Origin: Eledone cirrhosa
Lineage: Eukaryota
Direction of reading: 5' to 3'
DNA length: 64,000 nucleotides
NCBI GenBank assembly: GCA_964016885.1
Contig: OZ024749.1
Coordinates: 22,630,001 to 22,694,000, forward strand
A program made the position numbers and the translations under genes. The notes beneath the pieces were generated by a model. That model had not been told where the DNA came from. It worked only from the letters and a program-made list of their open reading frames with translations, and did not search any database. Positions 1 through 14,261 of the stretch are shown in pieces. Each line of letters starts with the position of its first letter. Within the stretch, counting starts at the first letter, position 1.

Positions 1-145
1 TGACCTAGAAACATGTTGATTGTTCCCCAAAGCCAGTGTTGAACAAACAAGTGACGATCGGTCACCGGTACGGCACAGCTTCAAATCGGGCTCGTTTGTT
101 TACAAACGAATCGAACATTATTATCAATGTTCGATATAACCCATA
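1..145 (+). mobile_element. 3' part of a hammerhead-type mini-retroelement related to the 21610-22471 family (cut by window edge)
   Basis: GAAA-catg-TT at 8-17 (palindromic loop, hammerhead 3' half). Downstream cagtgttgaacaaac...tttgtttacaaac..cgaacattat matches 21799-21895. Confidence 0.5.
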
Positions 146-265
146 CTTACATATGTGTACGTATACATGTGTGTGTATATATGAATATATATACATATAT
201 ATAAACGTGTGCATACTTACATGCATATATATATATATATATATGAACGTGTGCATACTTACATG

Positions 266-317
<52 letters not shown>

Positions 318-321
<4 letters not shown>

Positions 322-497
322 AAAATGTTTGACCCCGACGGCAGAACTGAAGCCGTTTCGACGGGTATTTCTAGTCCATAAATAGCTTGAGCTCTGCCGT
401 CGGGGTCAAACATTTTCCTATTACCCACTCTACTACCCTAAGTATTGAGTACTCTGGTACGTTATGGTCCATCTGGTGCCTTACCACTCTTCCTTCG

Positions 498-499
<2 letters not shown>
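318..499 (+). mobile_element. Fold-back mini element (PLE pseudo-LTR-like): inverted repeat plus ~80-nt tail, in (TA)n
   Basis: taggaaaatgtttgaccccgacggcaga (318-345) is mirrored at 393-420. The tail 421-499 is shared with 4592-4784 and, inverted, with 48979-49058. Confidence 0.7.
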
Positions 500-871
<372 letters not shown>

Positions 872-1799
872 ATACTTTGGGAGGGTCATGTTGCCAATAA
901 GAAACACACGCACCAGTTGCTTTCACTTCAATTTAATTTATTATATATTTATAAATTTACAAATTTATAAATTTCTGGTTGGTTGGTTGGTTCCACAACC
1001 AGATAGTTGTTTATATATATATAGTCATAGGTCTTTCGTCACACACTCTGTGACCTCTTCAGTGACTGGGGATTTCTTTCTTCGTTTCTGTGCCTTTCCT
1101 TTCTTCTATCCTACGCCATTTTGTTTGTGTGTGGGTTGCGTGCTCAGTTTGCGCATGCGCCACATCCGGGTGTCTGTGTGTGTTTGTGTTCATTTTTCTA
1201 TTTTTCTATTTATATTTGTTTGTTTATTTATTTATTTATTGTTGGTTGGTTGTTTGTTCTATGTGTGTGTGTGTTTTCATTTTGTGTGTGTTTTCAATTG
1301 TAAGTTGTTTGTTCTATGTGTGTGTGTGTTTTCATTTTGTCCTTAATTGTAAGTTGTGATGTTGCTGTTCCACTCATATTTTCTATTTAATTTTGGTTTT
1401 AATTCTTTTATGCTTACTGCCTCTGTAATTTGCCTAAACATTGCGTCTTTCTTGTGTGTGGATTCTATTTTTATTTCTATGCTCTCTAATTTACCCCTGT
1501 GTTCTATCTTAGCATGTTGGTAGAGCACAGATGATTCTTTACTATCTTGGAGGTCTCGCCAGTGTTCATTTATTCGTTCCCCTATACTACGAGCTGTCTC
1601 ACCTATGTACACTATATTTTTGTTTCTACATTGTCCTTCAGTACATCTTATGCTATATACGACATTTCTAGTTTTACAGTTAATATGGGGGCTTATTTTA
1701 CAGGTTATACATTTCTTATCTATACATGAGGGTCTTTGGAACGGGTATGTCTTGCTAATAAGTGTTTTTACGGAGGTACCAGGTCTTTCTACTATCTTA

Positions 1800-3324
1800 A
1801 TACTTAAGCTTACCCATAGTAATAGTTACCTAGACACTTACGACCTTAGCAACCTGTGCCCTACAAGACCAGCAAGAGGCAGACCACCTACCATTACCTC
1901 AATGGCCAAGAAAACCCACACAGATAGATGGAACGGGTGGACCAGAGCCAAACGGACACCCGAAAACCACGATGAACTGAAGAAAATGATTGCACATGCG
2001 GTAGGGGCCAGCATAAAATTAACCCTTAAGGAACATATGTTCAAATTTAATGGTAAAACATATGCCCAAGAGGAAGGAGCAGCCATTGGTGTTAGCATTG
2101 CAGGCGACATAGCTAACTTATTCATGGTATGGTGGGACAGTAGACTTAAACAAAAACTTAATGAACAATTAGAAGACAGCTTAACCCTGATAATGTACTC
2201 CCGCTACGTAGATGATATAAACATCGTAGTTAAGACACCCCCACTAAAGAACAGTCAGGAACCAGAGAAAAACACAATGGAAAGCATCCAGCAAATAGCA
2301 AACTCCATCCACCAGAGCATTAGAGTTACTATAGACTACCCAAGTAGACACCCCAACCATCGATTACCTGTACTAGACACAGAGCTCTGGTTAGATACTA
2401 TTAACAACCAAAAACAAATCCTCCATTCCCATTATGCCAAACCCATGACTTCCAAACATCTGATCCACCGAAACTCGGCCATTTCGGCCCATACCAAAAT
2501 CAACATACTGATTGCGGATTTGGTACGGGTGATGAGAAATGTGTCCCGCATGTGCAACCCCGAAGAACTAGAGAGACACATACAACACTTCATCCACCGT
2601 ATGCAGTTCTCAGAGAGATAGAATCAGAGTGTATAAAGGAGCCAGAACCAAATGGGAAAAAATGGTAAATAATGACATAAATGGGACCTGCCCCTTGTAT
2701 AGGAGCAAATTTTGGAATAGAATAGAAAGAACTAAGAACAAGGCCAATAGAATAAACTCATCGTATGATAGCAATATATACCAGAGTGTAATGTTCATCA
2801 ATACAACCCCTAGAGGCGAACTAGCCTACAAATTTAGAAGGGCCCTAAAGAAACATAATCTCAATATTAAGATAGTAGAAAGACCTGGTACCTCCGTAAA
2901 AACACTTATTAGCAAGACATACCCGTTCCAAAGACCCTCATGTATAGATAAGAAATGTATAACCTGTAAAATAAGCCCCCATATTAACTGTAAAACTAGA
3001 AATGTAGTATATAGCATAAGATGTACTGAAGGACAATGTAGAAACAAAAATATAGTGTACATAGGTGAGACAGCTCGTAGTATAGGGGAACGAATAAATG
3101 AACACTGGCGAGACCTCCAAGATAGTAAAGAATCATCTGTGCTCTACCAACATGCTAAGATAGAACACAGGGGTAAATTAGAGAGCATAGAAATAAAAAT
3201 AGAATCCACACACAAGAAAGACGCAATGTTTAGGCAAATTACAGAGGCAGTAAGCATAAAAGAATTAAAACCAAAATTAAATAGAAAATATGAGTGGAAC
3301 AGCAACATCACAACTTACAATTAA
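1800..3324 (+). pseudogene. PLE reverse transcriptase + GIY-YIG endonuclease, 5'-truncated, one frameshift near 2610
   Basis: ORF 1605-2621 (RT part from ~1800) and ORF 2629-3324. Comparison with 53981-54010 shows an 11-nt deletion (ctggttacaat) at ~2610. Confidence 0.93.
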
Positions 3325-3621
3325 GGACAAAATGAAAACACACACACACATAGAACAAACAACTTACAATTGAAAACACACACAAAATGAAAACACACAC
3401 AAGACAAAATGAAAACACACACACACATAGAACAAACAACCAACCAACAATAAATAAATAAATAAACAAACAAATATAAATAGAAAAATAGAAAAATGAA
3501 CACAAACACACACAGACACCCGGATGTGGCGCATGCGCAAACTGAGCACGCAACCCACACACAAACAAAATGGCGTAGGATAGAAGAAAGGAAAGGCACA
3601 GAAACGAAGAAAGAAATCCCC

Positions 3622-3666
3622 AGTCACTGAAGAGGTCACAGAGTGTGTGACGAAAGAACTATGACT
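3622..3666 (+). ncRNA. Minimal type I hammerhead ribozyme in PLE pLTR (mirror copy 1023-1067 minus; homologue 52434-52476 minus)
   Basis: agtca-CTGAAGA-g-gtcac-agagtgt-gtgac-GAAA-gaac-TA-tgact. Stem I 5 bp, stem II 5 bp, minimal stem III. Confidence 0.85.
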
Positions 3667-4543
3667 ATATATATATAAACAACTATCTGGTTGTGGAACC
3701 AACCAACCAACCAACCAGAAATTTATAAATTTGTAAATTTATAAATATATAATAAATTAAATTGAAGTGAAAGCAACTGGTGCGTGTGTTTCTTATTGGC
3801 AACATGACCCTCCCAAAGTATAACAATATCGGTTTCAACACACGATTTCAGATAAAGAATCTTGCTAAACAAATTCAGAAACGATATATATATATACATA
3901 CATACATACATACATACATACATACATACATACATACATACATACATACATACATACATACATACATACAATAGACAATGTCCAGTTTATCTCACCGGAA
4001 GAATGAAAATAATAAAGGTGAAAGTCAAAAACAAACCCGACCAAGAGATGAAGAAGAATATTTACTTTAGTCTCCTACACATATCTATATCTATATTTCC
4101 ACATAGCGATCATCAGCCATGTGTTGATGTCTCTCATATCTACGCTATGTACACGCTATCTGCATTATGTTCATTCTGAACATTTTGTATGCTTTCTACG
4201 TTATGTACGCCATTTTTGTTCTATCGAACGCGATTTTGTTTTTTGTTTTTCGCTTCTTTTATTATGTACTTTTATTATGTTACGTTGTTAAGCATGAGAC
4301 GAGAGAGATGAGTGAAATATTGATACAGTCAACCATTGACACGATATTAGCTTCTGCTAGTAAAGTATTACGTGTCCACTATTGTATTTTATTAGGTTGA
4401 TCCTTCCCTTGCCCAGTCTATATGTGTATATATATATCAATATTTATCAATATATATATTGGTATATATAGATATATATATATTATATATATATTTATAT
4501 TTTCTCTAATAATTCTTCAAACTTGCAATTTTATATATATGTA

Positions 4544-4900
<357 letters not shown>

Positions 4901-4903
4901 ACA

Positions 4904-4937
<34 letters not shown>

Positions 4938-5263
4938 AATGAAGTATTTCCGTCGGAAACGTACAGGAAAAATAAGTGCTCTCTGTCGGCTACAGAGCTT
5001 ATTAGTTATGTAATAAACAACATAAGATAATTATTTCATTTACCAGTGGTTTCTTGAAGGCAGATGTTATGTGTATCTTCAGTCATCAGAATTTTTTTTT
5101 CAGCCTCACTTTCATATTTCCTAAATTTTGTTTTCAAATCCTTATTTAATAAAAACACCATGTTATTTATTCATTCTGACGACTGAAGACAGACATAACG
5201 TCTGCCTTCAAGAAACAACTGGTAAATGAAATAATTATCTTATGTTGTTTATTACATAACTAA
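4938..5263 (-). mobile_element. PLE pLTR-like fold-back with hammerhead: tail 4938-5001, arms 5002-5092 and 5173-5263
   Basis: ~90-bp inverted repeat with a hammerhead in both arms. Confidence 0.8.
5170..5230 (+). ncRNA. Type I hammerhead ribozyme (mirror copy ~5035-5093 minus, core CTGATGA)
   Basis: ttcatt-CTGACGA-ctgaagacagac-ataac-gtctgccttcaa-GAAA-caactgg-TA-aatgaa. The mirror copy has stem III cca-c-tgg. Confidence 0.8.
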
Positions 5264-5430
5264 ATATATATATATATATATTCTTCACCCTGGCGGTTTA
5301 ACGCCCCTTGTTATTTTATTTGAACGGGTATATGAATATATCTGTGTTTATCTTTCTTTATATATTATATTATATATGTATATATATGAATATTTATATA
5401 TGTATGAATCTATTTATGAGTTTGTGTGTT

Positions 5431-5503
<73 letters not shown>

Positions 5504-5507
<4 letters not shown>

Positions 5508-5758
5508 TTTATTTTATAGAAGGAGCTTCTACAGGACTAGTACTGTTTCATTCAGATGAAATCTTCAGGAAGCTCCTGAAGCTCCTGAAGCCCCTGAAGC
5601 TCCTGAAGCTCCTGAAGCTCCTTGAGCTTCCTGAAGATTTCATCTGGATGAAACAGTACTAGTCCTGTAGAAGGTCCTTCTATAAAATAAAAAAATTTTA
5701 CTCTGCCATGTATTGAGTACCTTACTTACTGTGGTTATCCCCGACTCAACCCGGGACC

Positions 5759-5760
<2 letters not shown>
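5504..5760 (+). mobile_element. PLE pLTR-like fold-back (5504-5693) plus tail, with hammerhead at 5626-5674
   Basis: cttc-CTGAAGA-tttcatctggat-GAAA-cag-tactagtc-ctg-TA-gaag. A related degenerate copy lies at 19601-19765. Confidence 0.82.
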
Positions 5761-5823
<63 letters not shown>

Positions 5824-5827
<4 letters not shown>

Positions 5828-6002
5828 CATTAACAGAGAAAGCTTTAAGCTATACTCTGACTGGCTTCCATCTCACTCAACAAACATTAGGATATACCTT
5901 AGTATAATCCCAATTTTACGTTTGGGGTGCTAACTATATGTATCTTGCGGAAAGCCAGTTGTATTATTTTATATGAGACATAATTAAAATATATCTCCCT
6001 TT

Positions 6003-6004
<2 letters not shown>
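5824..6004 (-). mobile_element. Dispersed repeat fragment (pLTR-like 3' end), second copy at 19941-20170
   Basis: Clear similarity between the two loci. The 19941 copy has GAAA-caattg-TT on the minus strand. Confidence 0.55.
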
Positions 6005-6053
<49 letters not shown>

Positions 6054-6056
<3 letters not shown>

Positions 6057-6172
6057 ATAATAATAAATTTGAAGACTAAAATCCAAAGAGGGCTCGATAA
6101 GGATAATATATATATCAAATATATAAGGGTGAAAGCAGCAATTCTTTGCTTAAAATTTAATCTGTTATTTTA

Positions 6173-6178
<6 letters not shown>
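6054..6178. mobile_element. Inverted tail plus forward pLTR fragment of the 16497-17940 PLE family (also 23401-23530, 38478-38530)
   Basis: Shared gtaataataataaa...aatccaaagagggctcgataagg and GAAAgcagcaattctttgcTTaaa (hammerhead 3' half). Confidence 0.7.
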
Positions 6179-6225
<47 letters not shown>

Positions 6226-6228
<3 letters not shown>

Positions 6229-6330
6229 GTTTCTACATTTGGCACAAGGCCAGCAATTACCCAGTGCATTACTGGTACTTTATTTTATCGACCCCATAAG
6301 GATGAAAGGCAAAGTTAACATTGGCGAGAT
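6226..6330 (-). mobile_element. SINE family A 3' fragment
   Basis: Reverse complement of gcctttcatccttatggggtcgataaaataaagtaccagtaatgcactgggtaattgctggccttgtgcc. Confidence 0.85.
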
Positions 6331-6360
6331 ATATATATATATATATATATATATAGTGGT

Positions 6361-6965
6361 AGAATATCCGTAGTGGTAGAGCACTCAGTCTATGGGCCGA
6401 GTTAGGTAGAAGTGGTTACACTTGGTTAGAAAAGAAGAGATTACAATTGTTTCACCTTAGCGGATGCTCAGTTCGTAATGGACATGGTTATACTGAACAG
6501 GAAGGAGAACTGTACGAACGCGCATGCGCAGAAACGATCACTTCACACAAACAATACTAAATTTCGTGCGAGAGGTGTAAGGGAGGTAACTGCGAAAGCG
6601 ATCACTAATTCCAAGCCAAACGCAAGGGGCAATCCGTCGTGTGGAATATGTATTGATGAACGACTAAATATTCTAAAGAGATTACGCAATAGTGATTGCC
6701 TAAACAGGAGAATTAATTCTTCACAGGTTGGCCGCACGTCTGGAAACACCTCTTACATAACTACAAAGCTCCAGATTGAATTACAACAATATCTTAATTT
6801 TCTTATCAACTTCGCACGAAATTTAGTAATGTCTGTGTGAAATGATTGTTTCTGCGCATGCGCGTTCGTACGGTTGTCCTTTCTGTTCCGAATAACTATG
6901 TCCATTACGAGCTAAGGTGAAACAATTGTTCTCGGTATGGTAAACTAACTGATGTGTAACCACTT
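6361..6965 (+). mobile_element. Old PLE remnant: GIY-YIG C-terminus between inverted pLTR arms (~6410-6570 and ~6812-6965)
   Basis: SKPNARGNPSCGICIDERLNILK...CLNRR resembles the CxxC..E...LNxR tail of the 29852-30247 endonuclease. A degenerate hammerhead (CTGAGCA...GAAA-caattg-TA) lies at 6439-6474 minus. Confidence 0.65.
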
Positions 6966-7084
<119 letters not shown>

Positions 7085-7116
7085 CATAAATACATTCATA
7101 CAAATATATATATGCA

Positions 7117-7275
7117 AGGCACGAGAGAAACCTAAGGGCAGCAGCAACGAACTCCATGTTACACCAGTGGCCAACCAATACAGGCTGGAGATAAAATGTG
7201 TAGCAACAAGGGCGGTGCCCCAGCATGGCCTCAGCCGGATGGCTGGAACAGGTAAAAGAGTAAAAGAATAAAATA
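7117..7275 (+). mobile_element. LINE/SINE 3' tail fragment (RTE-like tail)
   Basis: gggcggtgccccagcatggcc...ggaacaggtaaaagagtaaaagaataaaa terminal repeat tail. Family assignment is from recollection only. Confidence 0.45.
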
Positions 7276-7519
7276 GTATATATATATGTATATATATATA
7301 TATATATACACACATACACTCACAAATATACAAATATACAAATATATTTATATATATATTGTTGTATAGGCTCTACATGTAGACTGTAGTGGTTATAAAA
7401 AGCCACTACAGCCAATATATTCAGAGACACGACTCTTAGATTAATTGTCTTCTATAGCAGCAACTGTCTTGTTTTAAACTTGTTTTAACCTTGCTTTTCT
7501 CTAGTTGTTCACTTGTATA

Positions 7520-7690
7520 TAGTGTTAGTAGTAGTATTAGTAGTAGTAGTAGTAGTATTAGTAGTAGTAGTAATAGTAGTAGTAGCGGTAGTAGTAGTGG
7601 TATTATTATTATTATTATTATTATTAGTAGTAGTAGTGGTAGTGGTAGTAGTAGTAGTGGTAGTAGTGATAGTAGTAGTAGTAGTGGTAC

Positions 7691-7722
<32 letters not shown>

Positions 7723-8657
7723 GTAGTAGTGGTAGTAGTAGTAGTAATAGTAGTAGTGGTAGTGGTAGTGGTAGTAGTAGAAATAGTCGCAGTAGTAGTA
7801 GTGGTGGTAGTGGTAGTAGTGGTAGTGGTAGTAGTAGACGCAGTAGTAGTATTAGTGATGGTGGTGGTAGTAGTATTAGTAGTAGTATTAGTAGTAGTAG
7901 CTGTTGTCGATATTTTTGTAGTTGTTGTTGTTGTTGTTCCTGTAGTTGTTGTTGTTGTTGGAATTGATGTAATTGCTGGTGTTGTTGGCATTGTTGTTGT
8001 TGTCGTTGCTGTTTTTGTTGTTGTCATGGTTGTTGTTGTTGTTGTTGCCGTTGCTTGTGTTGTTGTTGTCATTGTTGTTGTTGTTGTCTTTGTTGTTGTT
8101 GTTGTCGTTGCTGGTGTTGTTGTTCTTGTTGTCATTGTTGCTGTTGTTGTTGTTATTGTTTTTTCTCTCTCTCTCTGTCTTTCTTTCTCTCTCTCTCTCT
8201 CTCTCTCTCTATTTCCCTCTCTTCGTCTCTCTGTTTCTCTCTGTCTCTCTCTGTCTGTCTCTCTCACTGTTTCTCCGTCTCTCTCTTTCCCTCTCTTATA
8301 TTTTGTCATACTTCTTGTGGGTCCAACCAAAAGCAATAAAGAATGGTTAATCAGTTGACCTCGTCCATAATGTTTTGTTGGGTTGACTTCAACTGTAGGA
8401 GACAGCGTTCTTGGGCTGATGTTCGCGTGTTACCTCATACAACAACAACACCACCACCCCCTCCACCACCACCAACAACAACAACAACAACAACGGCGAA
8501 ATTACCAATAACAACTATGACAAAAACAATTGCAATATCAACAGCTACGCAATAACAGCAATAACAACAAAAGCAGCAACAATAGAAATAACAATCACAA
8601 CAACAACAGCAATAACAACAATATGAATAACAACAATAACAACGACAGCACAACGAT

Positions 8658-8717
<60 letters not shown>

Positions 8718-9290
8718 AACGACAACAACAACAACAATAACAACAACATCAACAACAGCGAAAATACCAATAACAACTATAACAAAAACAATTGCAATAT
8801 CAACAGCAACGACAACAGCAATAACAACAACAAAAGCAGCAACAATAGAAAAAAACAATGACAGCAACAACAATAATAACAACACCAGCAACAACAAAAA
8901 TAACTAGGGCGACAACAACAACAAAAAGAATAATAACAACATCATTAGCAACAGTAGCCATAACAACAACAAGAAAAACAGCAACAACGACAGCAGAAAT
9001 AACAACAACAAAACAACAACAACGACATCAACAGCAAAACAACACGAACAACAATAGCAGTAAGAACGCCAACATACACAACTACAAGAATAATAACAAT
9101 AACAACAGCAATTACAACGAAAACTACAACAACAAACAAACGATAAGAACAAGAACAACAAAAACGGCTAGCACAAGAAGAAGAAGAAGAAGAAGAAGAA
9201 GAAGAAGAAGAAGAAGAAGAAGAAGAAGAAGAAGAAGAAGAAGAAGAAGAAGAAGAAGAAGAAGAAGAAGAAGAAGAAGAAGAAGAATTG
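7520..9290. repeat. Compound trinucleotide microsatellites (TAG)n, (TTG)n, (CAA)n and a pure (GAA)n at ~9177-9287
   Basis: Direct reading. Confidence 0.97.
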
Positions 9291-9326
9291 AGAGACATGA
9301 TAGAAAATTAACTTTCTCTTTAGAAA

Positions 9327-9685
9327 GGATTGGTAGTATCGGTAGAGAGTCGGACACCATGTTTTGAAGCATAGAGTTACGTCCCTTTATGATCTGAGTT
9401 CAAATTCCGCCGAGGTTAACTTTGCCTTTCATCCTTACGGGGTCGATAAAATAAAGTACCAGTAATGTACTGGGTAATACTGGCCTTGTGCCAAAAGTAG
9501 AAACAATTAATCATTAGAGTTATGACCCTTTGCCTTCTGAGTTCAAATCCCGTCGACGTTAGCTTTGCCTTTCACCCTTACAGGGTACATAAATTAAGGT
9601 ACCAGTAATGCACTCGAGTCGATTTAATCGACTTTCCCCTCCTCAAAAATTGCTGGCATTGTGCCCAAATCAGAAAGCATTAATT
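9327..9685 (+). mobile_element. Two tandem SINE family A copies (tRNA-derived head plus conserved central domain)
   Basis: A-box-like tggtagtatcggtagag, B-box gagttcaaattcc, central gcctttcatccttacggggtcgataaaataaagtaccagt. Confidence 0.88.
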
Positions 9686-10051
9686 ATGTCCGTACGTTTT
9701 ATTGGCGAGAGTAAAATGACATCGTGTGGTCTAGTGGTGGTGATGGTGGTGTTGTTGTTGTTGGTGGTGTTGTTGTTGATGTGGGTGTGTGGTGGTTGTG
9801 TTGGTGGTGGTGTTGATGGTGGTGGTGGTGGTGGTGTTGTTGTTGTTGTTGGTGGTGGTGGTGTTGATGGTGGTGGTGGTGTTGCTGGTAGTGTAGCCCT
9901 ATTGTTCGAAATACCAAGAGTTCGATTCCCAGACATCGGATTAAAATGACGTGAAGACATGTTGCCGAGTAATTGTGGTGGCTGTGGAGGTGTTGCCTCC
10001 ATCCATCCCAAATGCCACGAGCTGGATTCCCAGACACCGTGATGAAATGAG

Positions 10052-10210
10052 GTGAAGGCGTGTGGCCTAGTGGTAGTTTTGCTGATGGTGTTACGCCCAC
10101 CAACCTGATGCCAATGCCACAAATTCGATTCCCAAACATCATATAGTGTCCTTGAACACAAATCCATCCGTTTCACCTTGCTTACGTTCATTCAGCTGAA
10201 AATGTGTAAT
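10052..10210 (+). mobile_element. SINE family B (tRNA head plus CORE-like domain), degenerate
   Basis: gtgaaggcgtgtggcctagtggt...ttcgattccc...gtgtccttgaac...ttcagctgaaaatg. Confidence 0.6.
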
Positions 10211-10851
10211 ATTGGACTGAGCGTTAGAGTAAACCAAGGAAACATTATTTACGTTACTCCTTCCATTGCTTATTCTATCTGTTGGGTCTCAACTCCCAAC
10301 AGAAGGAGTAATATGAAATATAGAAAACAGAGACGTTGAATTGTCAGGGTCATTAGAACGTTGGATAGAACAATTTCCAGCATTAGTTCCCGCTCTCTTC
10401 CCTCTGAGATCAAATCCCGTAGTACACCAATGAAACAATATTTATCTTGATCCTTCCATTCCTTATACTATCTATTGGGTCGCAATTCCCAGCAGAAGGA
10501 ACAATATGAAATAAAGTACTTCGCTAAAGAGAACAGAGGCGGTGAATTGGCTGGGTCGTTCCAACATCAAATATAATCCTTTGCAGCATTAGTTCTGGCT
10601 CTCGTCGCTCTGAGTTCAAATCTCGTCAATGTGAAATTTGCGTTTCATTCTCTCGAGATCGATAAAAAAATTCCCAGTACGGTAATAGAACTGATTTTTT
10701 GTTGTTGTCATTGAAGTTGTTGCTGTTATTGTTGTTGTTGTTGTTCTTATTGTTATTATTGCTGTTGTTGTTGTTGTTGTTGTTGCGTTGATATTGTCGT
10801 TGTTGTTGTTGTTGTTAGGTTGTTGTCATAGCTGTTGTTGTTATTAATGTT

Positions 10852-11243
10852 GGGCGGTGGATTGGCAGTATCGGTAGAGGGTCGGACGCCATGCTTTGAC
10901 GCATAGAGTTACGGCCCTTGCCATACTGAGTTCAAATCCCGCCGAGGTTAACTTTGCCTTTCATCCTTAAGGGGTCGATAAAATAAAGTACCAGTAATGT
11001 ACTGGGTAATTGCTGGCCTTGTGCCAAAAGTAGAAACAGTTATTAATGTTGGGCGGTGAATTGGCAGTATCGGTAGAGGGCTGGACGCCATGCTTTCTAG
11101 CATAGTTACGTCCCTTTCTGGTCTTAGTTCAAATCCCGTTGAGGTTAACTTTGCCGTTTATCCTTATGGGGGTCGATAAAATAAAGTACCAGTAATGTAC
11201 TGCCTAATTGCTGGCCTTGTGTCAAAAGTAGAAACAGTTATTA
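10852..11243 (+). mobile_element. Two head-to-tail SINE family A copies (~200-bp period)
   Basis: ggcggtggattggcagtatcggtagaggg...aaaagtagaaacagttattaatgtt occurs twice. Confidence 0.92.
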
Positions 11244-11738
11244 ATGTTGTTGTCATTGTGCTGTTGTCGTCATCGTTGTGCTGTCGTTGTTATTGTTGTT
11301 ATTGCTGTTGTCGTTGCTCGTTGATGTAGTAATTGTTTTCGTCATTGTTGTTATTGGTATTTTCGCCGTCGTTGTTGTTATTGTTGTTGTTGTTGTTGTT
11401 GTTGTTGTATGAGGTAACACGCGAACATCAGCCCAAGAACGCTGTCTCCTACAGTTGAAGTCAACCCAACAAAACATTATGAACGAGGTCAACTGATTAA
11501 CCATTCTTTATTGCTTTTGGTTGGACCCACAAGAAGTATGACAAAATATAAGAGAGAGAAATAGAGAGGTAGACGGAGAGAGGGGAATAAAGAGAAGAGA
11601 ACAACAACACTAGCAACAACAACAACAATAGAAGCAACAACAACAACAATAGAAACAACACCATCAACAACAAATACCAGCATAAATAATACAAAATAAA
11701 CAACAAAGAACTAGAGAAAAGAAGAGAAAAAGAACAAG

Positions 11739-11782
<44 letters not shown>

Positions 11783-11939
11783 TATACAAGTGACCAGCTA
11801 GAGAAAAGCAAGGTTAAAACAAGTTTAAAACAACAAGACAGTTGCTGCTATAGAAGACAATTAATCTAAGAGTCGTGTCTTTGAATGTATTGGTTGTAGT
11901 GGCTTTTTATAACCACTACAGTCTACATGAAGACCCTAT

Positions 11940-12128
<189 letters not shown>

Positions 12129-12258
12129 ACTCTCAAGCGTGAAACTAATATTAACTTTTGTACTGCCTCGTCGCTGCCACGTTGTTTTTTTGTTTTTTGT
12201 TTACTGTCTCAACTATAATATGTATATATATATATATATATGTCTATTTCTCTCCCTT

Positions 12259-12313
<55 letters not shown>

Positions 12314-12949
12314 CTGTATTTGTTTGTATATATATGTAGGTATTTCTGTGTTCGAACTTCGTCTAGACATGTATTTTTATGCTATAACAACTTGTATATG
12401 CTTTGTAGCTAATATTTCAAGTAAAACACCATATTCAAAGCTAAAATGAGTATTGGACTTTGAAATATTTTATACACTGCCCTTTGTCCTATAAATTTGA
12501 TGCATCTTTATTATACTTTCTTTGTTTGATAAACCTTCCTGTGAGAAAATGTCTCTTAATATACAAATGTTAGGCTTTCTATACTAATGTGGCAATGGTA
12601 GTATACAACTTCGTTTTTCCTGAGCGTTAAACAGATATTTGCATATAGATGAGCAGGTTGTTAAGTAGAAAACCAAAGAGTAGAAAAGCGAGAAGAATCG
12701 TATGCATATATTATCGTTAAACGAAGGCATATTTTGTTCTTAAGTGGATATTTGCATATAGTGGAACATGTTTAGTGCGAATAATGAAAGAAAGAAAGGG
12801 AGATAGAGAGAATAGAGAGCGAGAGGGTGAGCGAGCAAGAGCGAAAGAGAGATACAACAGGGAGAGAGAGAGAGAGAATTGGGGAAAGAGGGTGAGAGAG
12901 AATAGAGAGCGAGAAAGTGAACGAGTAACAGAGAGAAAGAGATAGACAG

Positions 12950-13043
<94 letters not shown>

Positions 13044-13219
13044 CAGAGTGGGAGAGACTGAGTGCATGATGGGAAGAAAGAGAAAGAAACATAGAGATAA
13101 AGATGAGAAAGAACGTATATATTATCGTTAAGCGAAGATGTGTCTTATTAAACATTTATCTGCATCTTTATGAAAGTGAAGAAAGACAGAGGTAGAGAGA
13201 GAGAGAGAGAGAGAGATAC

Positions 13220-13254
<35 letters not shown>

Positions 13255-13407
13255 AAGAGTTGGTGAGAGTGAGAGTGAGTATGTGTGTGTATGAGAGAGA
13301 GAGAGAGGGAGAGAGAGGGTGTGCGTGAGAGAGAAAGAGAGAGACAGAAAGAAAGAGAATGAAACAGTGTGTGTGTGTGTGTGTGTGTGTGTATGAGAGA
13401 GAGAAAT

Positions 13408-13455
<48 letters not shown>

Positions 13456-13886
13456 GGTTAGAATAATAAAAAAAATGATAAATTATTACACCCATTTTAC
13501 ATACAGGCTTTAGGGTCGAGACAACGACAACATTTTAACTCTCTACCGAAAAAACAAAAAAACGAAAAAAACCTTCGTAGGTTGTAAGCGTTATATTGAA
13601 AAGCAAAATCCGTTTGAAAATATCTTGGTGGGGAAGAAAGATTTCAATGGAATATAAATACAGTACGACAATGAAGTGAGATGTTAGAACGACAGTAGGA
13701 CGCCACGCGGACATCTGGTGCCCATGTGCAGTTTCCAGTCGCTTGTAAGACGTTGCATTCTAAGCTGTTAGCTATGTAAATAATCTCATAAGGAAAGGGA
13801 GTGAAATATTTGCTTAACACATATTCCTTCTAATCTATGGTTTTATTAATTTATTTAACAAATATAAATAGCATGCATATAGGCTG

Positions 13887-13921
<35 letters not shown>

Positions 13922-14227
13922 ATATATATATATCTTTCTCTCTCTCTCTATATATATATATATAGACACAAACAAACACCTACACGCGTACATATATATA
14001 TATTTATGTATATGTATAAATATAAATAAATGCATATGATATACGTATGCAGGCATGCATGTGTGTATGTATGGATGCATATTTGTATGCATAAATATAA
14101 GTATGAATGCATATATATTTGTATAAATGTATGTATGTATGCATGTATATATGTATAAATGTATGTATGTAGCTATTTAAGTACATACGTATGTCTATAT
14201 GTATGTATTTATGTAAGTATGTATTTT

Positions 14228-14261
<34 letters not shown>

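Noticed and set aside
1605-1800. N-terminus of the 338-aa ORF
   Set aside because: It is antisense read-through of the inverted GIY-YIG copy; real RT sequence starts at ~1800.
10852-10945. tRNA genes
   Set aside because: A/B boxes are present but there is no full cloverleaf, and they are always followed by a SINE body.
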